Source: an uncultured Spirochaetota bacterium (GTDB lineage: Bacteria; Spirochaetota; Spirochaetia; SZUA-6; Fen-1364). From it: a stretch of DNA of 64,000 bases. Below are positions 57,580 through 64,000 of the stretch, in pieces; positions within the stretch are counted from its first letter, which is position 1; each line of letters opens with the position of its first letter. Under the pieces are notes generated by a model. That model searched no databases, was not told the origin of the DNA, and was given only the letters and a program-made list of their open reading frames with translations. The position numbers and the translations under genes were made by a program. Location of the stretch: NCBI GenBank assembly GCA_963745235.1, contig CAVUXE010000035.1, forward strand, positions 160,001 to 224,000. Direction: 5' to 3'.

Positions 57580-59478
57580 TTAGAGCCCCAGGAAATGCTT
57601 TTCGCGTTGAACTTGCTCACACCAAGGTCCGACGTTCCACGCGCCGTAAACACCAAGGCCCGCAAGCTCATCTGGACCGGCATACACCGGAACATGCACG
57701 AGCGAAAGACCCGGGTACGCAAAGCCTTCACTGAGGGCGGCTTCAAGCGCTTGACGCGTATATCCACCAAATATGCCTTTTATCCCATCAATTGAGCGAG
57801 CCAAGGATACGTAGTCAACTGCGACCGAGTCGTCCGTGCGGAACTCTTGGCCATATTGGGCCAGCTGCAGTCCAGAAATTGCGGCCATCCTGCGATTGTC
57901 AAACAACACTATCATTCCCCTCAACTTATGCTCTACCGCATCGATGAGAATCTGCGGGCTCATCATGAAGCTACCGTCTCCGGAGAATGCAATTGGATAG
58001 TGCGGGGAGTCTGCAAACGCCGATGCGAGGATCCCGCTCACAGCGAAACCCATGTAGGACGCGCCTGTATCGGTAATTGTTTTGCCCGGGGTCTCATCCT
58101 CGACAATCTGAAAGCCATTTGCTTGAACGTCGCCGGCATCGAAGTATTTTACCGCGTCGTGTTCTTGGGCAAACGCGACAACAGTTTCAATGGCAACAGG
58201 CTGGGTAAGAGTTCTTGTATTCCATTTCGGATCGTGCAGGCCCTGGACCTGATAGCAGCGCTCGCGAAATGAATCCCACTTCTTGCGTTGCGCCGTGCAT
58301 TCCGACAACCAAGAAGAATCGCGACCCGACTTGCTGATTTTGGCTTCCCTCAGAATCTCAAGGAGAGCGGCCAGCACGGATCCCGCGTCGCCGATCAGGG
58401 GTAGGCTCTTGTTGTAATGAGTGGCGTCTTCAAGACGGGTATTAATGGCTATAAAAGCCTTTGCATTCTTCCATGCTGTTCCTGAAGAATCCCACTGACA
58501 GACGGCGCGCGCTCCGATCACTATCACAAGCTCTGCTTTTTCCATTGCCCAGTTGCCAGAAATGGATCCTTTTGCTCCTCCGACTGTCATGTTCCGAATA
58601 TTCGATCCCGGCAAGACTCCGACCACGGACGGTCCATGAACGAAGACCGCGTCTGTTCGCTCGAGGAATTCCTCGAGGAGCTTCGGATCTACGCTATGCG
58701 CGCCATTCCCCGCTTTGACGAGAATGCGATTGTACTTCGTTATCAGTTCAGTGGCTTGCCAATATGAGGATTTGTCGGCTGGGACGAGCTTCGGGGCATG
58801 CGGCGTGTGCGGCAACTCCAGCAGGTTGAACTGCGGTATGATTTGCCCCTGGACGTTCATGGGAAGCAAGAAATAACAGGGACTCGGCTGTTCCGGACTG
58901 AATACCGCATTCGCTCCCCTCCGCAAGGCGGCTGGAAGCGCTTCACCCGTGTGCAAAGAATAGGCGGTGCCCATGACTGACGTCAGCTTTAGAAAAGATA
59001 ACTGTTCATGGCGGGGGATTTGTTGCATGTTAAACCCCTCGTCGTGCGTGGTTTCATCGCCAAAAATGTAGTAGACGCCTAGCCCGTTTGAAAGGGGGAC
59101 CAGGGAACCTGCGAGAGCCTGGAGCGCTCCAGGTCCAATCGATGTGAAAACTGCTGCAGTTTCGCCGTAATCCCAACGCAGGGCAGTGGCTGCATGTGAC
59201 GCCTCCACTTCGCTTCTCACGTTAAACACCTTGACGACTCCCGCCATCTCGTATATTCGAAGCGCTTCGCCAAAATCGGTCGTGCCGTGTCCAAATACAC
59301 CGATATATTTGCTTACATGTTGCACCAGGAGTCCAAGAACAAGGGCCTCGCTAAGGGAAATATCCTGAAATTGCGATAGAGTGCCGAGCTCCAGCGCCTC
59401 TTCAACGCCGCCAGCAGCGGCCACCGCTTCCGCCCGCGCCTTGCGGGCCATGAGCATACTGTTCATCTCTTTAGTCAA
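57580..59478 (-). CDS. ThDP-dependent enzyme, IolD-like
   Basis: GVFGHG, TSIGPGA, LLPMNVQ, GASYMGF, GDGSFMM...DNRRM. Confidence 0.8.
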   Translation of the reverse strand: MTKEMNSMLMARKARAEAVAAAGGVEEALELGTLSQFQDISLSEALVLGLLVQHVSKYIGVFGHGTTDFGEALRIYEMAGVVKVFNVRSEVEASHAATALRWDYGETAAVFTSIGPGALQALAGSLVPLSNGLGVYYIFGDETTHDEGFNMQQIPRHEQLSFLKLTSVMGTAYSLHTGEALPAALRRGANAVFSPEQPSPCYFLLPMNVQGQIIPQFNLLELPHTPHAPKLVPADKSSYWQATELITKYNRILVKAGNGAHSVDPKLLEEFLERTDAVFVHGPSVVGVLPGSNIRNMTVGGAKGSISGNWAMEKAELVIVIGARAVCQWDSSGTAWKNAKAFIAINTRLEDATHYNKSLPLIGDAGSVLAALLEILREAKISKSGRDSSWLSECTAQRKKWDSFRERCYQVQGLHDPKWNTRTLTQPVAIETVVAFAQEHDAVKYFDAGDVQANGFQIVEDETPGKTITDTGASYMGFAVSGILASAFADSPHYPIAFSGDGSFMMSPQILIDAVEHKLRGMIVLFDNRRMAAISGLQLAQYGQEFRTDDSVAVDYVSLARSIDGIKGIFGGYTRQALEAALSEGFAYPGLSLVHVPVYAGPDELAGLGVYGAWNVGPWCEQVQREKHFLGL

Positions 59479-60121
59479 GTTTCCCCGCAGTCGACGCCAG
59501 TCGCGACTTGATTGCCATTACAAGATCCAGGCTCTCGGGAGGTGCGGCTTCGATTATTTCCATGATGCCGGGGAAGCTCAGTGAGGGGTCTACAACTTCG
59601 GCGGGAAGGCTACCGATTATTCTCGCCATTCCAGGGTGGGTGGCTTCGGTAACTCTTTTCAAACGTTCAACAGACTGTTGCTGCGATTCTTTCCTGTTAG
59701 CAGGGTAGCCGTCCCCCCGGTGACCTGAAAACAGCTCTTCAAAGATGAGCTCAAGATTCACGATGCTGCCCCATGAATAGCCTTGATTGAGTGCGAGACT
59801 AATACAGTTGCCAGCGTTGATCCGATTAAAAAGCCACGCATCGAGAGGAGTCGTCATGTGACCGCAAACAACATTGGGATATTGGAGAACAGAGTTCAGA
59901 AAACCCTGGCCAGTTCCGCAGCCGCCGATGACAAAGTCCACATACCGCAAATTCAGAAGAAGTGCACTGAGAAAGCCGGTATGGACGTATGTGAGCTCCG
60001 GGGGCTGGCCATTCCGTCTCATTCCGCAGTTGACTATCTCAAGATTTCGATCAGCGAGAGCCGCCAGTATGTCACTGTTACGGTCGGCAGAGCTCGTTTC
60101 GTTGACGACGGCAACTCTCAT
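59471..60121 (-). CDS. RpiB/LacA/LacB family sugar isomerase (long, DhuI-like subtype)
   Basis: VVNETS, ELTYVHTG, DFVIGGCGTGQG, DAWLF..INAGN, GYP. Confidence 0.85.
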   Translation of the reverse strand: MRVAVVNETSSADRNSDILAALADRNLEIVNCGMRRNGQPPELTYVHTGFLSALLLNLRYVDFVIGGCGTGQGFLNSVLQYPNVVCGHMTTPLDAWLFNRINAGNCISLALNQGYSWGSIVNLELIFEELFSGHRGDGYPANRKESQQQSVERLKRVTEATHPGMARIIGSLPAEVVDPSLSFPGIMEIIEAAPPESLDLVMAIKSRLASTAGKLD

Positions 60122-60159
60122 TGGCAAATCCCTCCAGAATCCCCGGCAGAAATCTGATA

Positions 60160-60194
60160 TTGAGCATGATACAATAGCTTTGTTTTAAAGTCAA
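60160..60194 (-). promoter_or_regulatory. sigma70 promoter with an overlapping dyad operator
   Basis: TTGACT-17 bp-TATCAT on the minus strand; TTGA-N7-ACAA-N5-TTGT-N7-TCAA symmetry. Confidence 0.7.
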
Positions 60195-60338
60195 TAGATA
60201 GCAGGCCAATTCCAGACGGGCGGCCTTTGGCGGAACGGATGGCGAATGGATTGCCCCGATCTCCAACAACGGCCTTGATCGGGAAGAGAAGTCTTGCTAC
60301 CATTCCCCGCGGGCGTTTGCAAAGGAGCAGCACAAGAG

Positions 60339-61148
60339 ATGCGCGCGGCCAAAAGGGCGGGGGTATCACCGAGAGACACCCACATCATTCAATCGCTGGA
60401 TAAGGGGCTGTTCGTGCTCGAGCTCGTAGAGCAGGCAACTCAACCTGTCGGCCTGAATGACCTCAAGCTCAGCCTTGGATGGGACAAGGCTACGATTCAT
60501 CGCATTTTGACAACCCTCGAACGACGCGGGTTCCTGTTGCGGAATCCTGTGACCAAGAAGTACACCCTCGGGTTGAAAGTATATGGACTGTATGACTCGC
60601 TGCTGCGGACCTTCGACATCCACGAAACGACACACGCGTTTCTGATGAAGGTAGCGGAGCACACGGGGGAGGCAACGCACCTCGCCGTCGCGGTTGGAAA
60701 AGAAATTGTGTTCATTGACCGGATTGCAAGCACCGAGGTGCTTTCCGTGAATACCCAGATTGGGGCTCGAGAACCCATGTTTTGTACTGCTCTTGGAAGA
60801 GCTTTGCTGGCCTTCGTTCCTCAAGCGGAGACTGAAAGCTTCCTGCCACGGCCGATCGTGAAATACACCAGCCATACGATAACGAGCGCCGCGGCTTTGA
60901 AGGCGGAGCTCGCGGCGGTGAGAGAAGCCGGGTTCGCAATCGAGAGCGAGGAATATGTTGACGGGATCCGCTGCGTCGCTTCTCCAATTCTCAATCACGA
61001 GCGTATGCCTATTGGCGCAGTCGGGGTTTCGGGGCCCGTGAACCGAATAACGACACAGCGGGCCGCGCGGTTCGGGTCATTTATCCGAAAGGTAGCATTC
61101 CAGATCTCCGAACTTGCGGGATGGGATGGCAGCAACGGCAAGGAATGA
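60339..61148 (+). CDS. IclR family transcriptional regulator
   Basis: IQSLDKGL..LE, KATIHRILTTL, EPMFCTALGRALLA, GIRCVASPI. Confidence 0.93.
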   Translation: MRAAKRAGVSPRDTHIIQSLDKGLFVLELVEQATQPVGLNDLKLSLGWDKATIHRILTTLERRGFLLRNPVTKKYTLGLKVYGLYDSLLRTFDIHETTHAFLMKVAEHTGEATHLAVAVGKEIVFIDRIASTEVLSVNTQIGAREPMFCTALGRALLAFVPQAETESFLPRPIVKYTSHTITSAAALKAELAAVREAGFAIESEEYVDGIRCVASPILNHERMPIGAVGVSGPVNRITTQRAARFGSFIRKVAFQISELAGWDGSNGKE

Positions 61149-61465
61149 CTCGTCGGTGAGTGACTTGTAGAATCCCGGTTCCCAAAGAAACTTTATGGCC
61201 CAATTCCAGGGTCGATCTGCTGAAGAGCCGTGACGATTGGAATGGGGGACCGATTTTTGGCTTCGCTCTCATCCAGACAATCCGATAACGCCGTGGCCTG
61301 ATTTCACGTGTCTCATGCCGGTGACAAGGCGCAAACGAGATTGGCCCCGATAATTTCTCAAGAGGATGCTTGCAATTCATGCTGATCGAGGGAACACGCG
61401 GCGATAAAGGAGAGCTCCTGAGGTTTCATGCAACGTCCTTACGGGAGAGTGCAGCAAAGAAAAGG

Positions 61466-61500
61466 TTGACATAAACACAATACGGATGTAGTATGATCAA
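61466..61500 (+). promoter_or_regulatory. sigma70 promoter with the same dyad operator
   Basis: TTGACA-17 bp-TAGTAT; TTGA-N7-ACAA-N5-ATGT-N7-TCAA. Confidence 0.7.
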
Positions 61501-61574
61501 CGCCACTGGGGTAAACTTTTTCGGAGGGAAGCCATGAAAGTCCTTGCAACGCCCCTGATCGTGAAAGGCCGCCG

Positions 61575-62672
61575 GTGACGGAGTGCAAAGACGTGGATAG
61601 CGTGAGGATTGGCATCATCGGCTGCGGGCGCATCTCCGACCTTCACGCTGCGGGCTACCGCGCCGACCCGCGTGCGATCATAGCGGCGGTCTGTGATGCA
61701 GACGCGGCCAAGGCAAAGTCAAAGGCATGCGAGTGGGGGGCGGCGAAGTGGCACAGTGATTATCGCGCACTTCTCGCGGACCCGCACGTGGACGCAGTGG
61801 ATATCGTCACGCCCCAGCGCTGCCATGAGGCGATGGCCCTCGAAACCCTCGCGGCGGGCAAACATGTTTGCGTTCAGAAGCCCATGACGGTGGACATGGA
61901 CAGCGCGGACCGCATGGTGGCTGCCGCCGCGGCGGCAGGCGGAAAGATATTCAAGCTCTCCGAGAATTACGTATTCTACCCGCCCCTCGTTCTCGCAAAG
62001 CGCATGATCGATGACGGAAAAATCGGCGAACCGACGAGCATGCGGATCAAATTCATCTCCGGCTCGAGCGGCGGATGGGACGTACCCGACTCGGCCTGGG
62101 ACTGGCGAAAGGACGAGCACCGGCGGGGCTACGGAATGCAGACCTTCGACCATGGCCACCACATGTGGTCCGTGGCCTGGTACCTCATGGGGGAAATCGA
62201 ACGGGTCTTCGCGTGGATCGACTCAGTGGATGGCTTTCTCGATTGCCCCGCCGAGATCATGTGGAAGTACGCGGGGGCGCCGAAGTATGGCTCCTGCGAT
62301 TACTCGCATGGAACCGCCCTTCACATCCCATCGCGCTACTACGCGAACGACGAGTGGTTCGAGGTCACCGGAAGCGAGGGCATCCTCATGGTGATGCGCT
62401 GTACGGGAAACGTGCACGGCGGGGCGCCTGTACGCCTCTTCCGGGACGACAGGTGGACCGAGTACACCGACGTGGACTCGGACTGGGCGGCTGGGTTCCG
62501 GGGTTCGACGGCCAATTTCATCTCTGCGATCCTGGGGTCTGAGGCGCCGTCGCTCACCGCAGAGCGCGGCCGCGAAGTACTCAGGATGGACCTCGCGATC
62601 CAGGAATCCGCCCGCGCGCGGAGGGAGGTCGAGCTGGCGGGCTTTCGCGGCGGACCCGCGGCGGCCGTGTAA
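61575..62672 (+). CDS. Gfo/Idh/MocA family oxidoreductase
   Basis: IGIIGCGRIS, DAVDIVTP, GKHVCVQKPM, FDHGHH; start may be a later GTG (61593 or 61602). Confidence 0.9.
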   Translation: MTECKDVDSVRIGIIGCGRISDLHAAGYRADPRAIIAAVCDADAAKAKSKACEWGAAKWHSDYRALLADPHVDAVDIVTPQRCHEAMALETLAAGKHVCVQKPMTVDMDSADRMVAAAAAAGGKIFKLSENYVFYPPLVLAKRMIDDGKIGEPTSMRIKFISGSSGGWDVPDSAWDWRKDEHRRGYGMQTFDHGHHMWSVAWYLMGEIERVFAWIDSVDGFLDCPAEIMWKYAGAPKYGSCDYSHGTALHIPSRYYANDEWFEVTGSEGILMVMRCTGNVHGGAPVRLFRDDRWTEYTDVDSDWAAGFRGSTANFISAILGSEAPSLTAERGREVLRMDLAIQESARARREVELAGFRGGPAAAV

Positions 62673-63042
62673 GCCACCGTGGGAATTGTATTGGGGCCAC
62701 GGTTTCTGTTTTTGAAGTTTTGAGTTGACTGGAGGCAGCAACCGTGTTAAGTTCCAAAGTGGTAAGATAAGTTGACCAATTGGGGCCGCAAGGATCTGGA
62801 CCAAAGGCCGGGCAAGCACTGCGAAAGCGGGCGTCCAACGGGGTGTACCCCCGATATTTCGAAGGCCATCGTTCTGGGGAAATCGAAGGAGCTTGTTTTC
62901 TGGTCTTGGTGGAGAAATGGAGAGAAAACCAGGGGATGGCAAAGGTTTAAGCGGAAAGGAGGTGACGAGTACCCGTTGAATGCGCAGTGTTACTGCGCGA
63001 CAGGAAAACAGGGTCAGGGAGCATTGGTCAAGGAGGCTACTA

Positions 63043-64000
63043 ATGAAAGCGAGGAAACTAATCCCGCTTCTCAGTCTTTTCGTTCTCTTGGTCTGCGCCG
63101 GAGGCCAGATATGGGCGGGAGGCCAGAATGAAAACGCCCCGGGAGCGGCCGCGAAGCCGGTCACGATCAACGTCGCAACCAGCCTCGGCTGGATCACGAC
63201 GGACGGTTTGATGCCCTTCTTGAAGGAGTACCTTGCCAAACAAGGCATCAACGTCGTGGCGGTTCCTGGGCAGGGCGTCGCGTTGCGTGACAAGCAAATG
63301 CTTGCGGCAAGCTCCGGGGACGCGACATACGATGTCTACCTCGCGTGGGACGCCCTCATGCCTCTCCTGCAGAAATACGGCGAACCCCTGGACACGTACC
63401 TCCAGAGCGCTGGCGTGGACGTATCGGGCTTTGAAGCCAAGTTCTATCCGAACGTCGTGGCCAACGCCTCAGCGGACGGCAAATTGTACTGGATTCCCAT
63501 TCACATCAACGCTCAAATCGGCTACGCCCGAAGAGATCTTTTCATGGATCCCAATGAGCAAGCGGCATTCAAGGCCAAGTACGGATACGACCTGCCGCAG
63601 CCGGACAGCACCGGGGTCCTCAACTTCCCGACCAAGAAGGTATTTGTTGATGTGGCTCAGTTCTTCACCCGTGCGGGCAGCGACGGCCAGACTAACCTCT
63701 GGGGTTACGTGATGGCCGGCAAGTGGGACCAGGGCAACACCGTCTTCGAAGAGGAAATGTTCCGAGCGGGACTCGGCTATTTCGACCAGAAGGGGCACTC
63801 GGACTGGGGTCCGGCGGAACCCCAGAATCAGCCGATCGTGAAGGATATTGCAACCTTCGATTACAACTTGATCAACACGTGGAAGGTATGCTCGCCGGGT
63901 GTCCTGGGAATGGAGCTCACCGAGATCGGGCAACTGTTCGCAACGGGCAAGGCGGCCATGTCGTTCACCTGGAACGTCGACAACTGGCCTCTGTACAAGG
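63043..64000 (+). CDS. Carbohydrate ABC transporter solute-binding protein (CUT1), partial, runs off the window
   Basis: RBS AAGGAGG; MKARKLIPLLSLFVLLVCAGGQIWAGGQNE signal; SSGDATYDV, DGKLYWIP, YARRDLF, FATGKAAM; frame open to the window end, so absent from the ORF track. Confidence 0.88.
   Translation, partial: MKARKLIPLLSLFVLLVCAGGQIWAGGQNENAPGAAAKPVTINVATSLGWITTDGLMPFLKEYLAKQGINVVAVPGQGVALRDKQMLAASSGDATYDVYLAWDALMPLLQKYGEPLDTYLQSAGVDVSGFEAKFYPNVVANASADGKLYWIPIHINAQIGYARRDLFMDPNEQAAFKAKYGYDLPQPDSTGVLNFPTKKVFVDVAQFFTRAGSDGQTNLWGYVMAGKWDQGNTVFEEEMFRAGLGYFDQKGHSDWGPAEPQNQPIVKDIATFDYNLINTWKVCSPGVLGMELTEIGQLFATGKAAMSFTWNVDNWPLYK

Noticed and set aside
55089-64000. Second copy of the tRNA-Lys 3' end (attR)
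   Set aside because: Looked for by eye and not found; the island boundary may lie beyond the window

Overview
High-GC chromosomal window, most likely from a free-living member of Spirochaetia. This rests on a FlaB-type periplasmic flagellin, the spirochaete-like PilZ-HEAT-comEC-rsmA synteny and an 'AGGQxE'-type binding-protein signal. Layout: (1) tRNA-Glu(CTC) followed by an accessory zone (~80-9900). It contains a 13-bp duplication of the tRNA 3' end, an SDR/TetR pair, nuclease remnants, stacked toxin-antitoxin cassettes, and an ArsR-controlled operon (methyltransferase, SQR-like flavoprotein, DsrEFH, Met-gamma-lyase remnant, methyltransferase). (2) pgi and dps. (3) A sigma54-driven sugar-type ABC operon with an aldehyde dehydrogenase. 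It is divergent from an NtrC-type regulator and a soluble histidine kinase whose input region is a sugar-ABC ATPase domain plus PAS; this is the most striking item. (4) flaB with a CsrA-type hairpin. (5) ilvD-ilvB-ilvN-leuA-cimA preceded by an unannotated Leu/Ile leader peptide and attenuator. (6) HD-GYP, HDOD and MCP signalling genes. (7) fabZ, accBCDA and a serine-palmitoyltransferase-like gene. (8) Core genes (comEC, rsmA, dapAB, pta, tyrA, bactofilin, mtaB) and a lipoprotein plus beta-barrel pair. (9) tRNA-Lys(TTT) followed by a more AT-rich carbohydrate-catabolic block that runs off the window end. About a dozen frameshifts, mostly single-base indels, interrupt otherwise intact genes and probably reflect long-read assembly error. 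All product calls come from motif recognition by eye; no database search was run.
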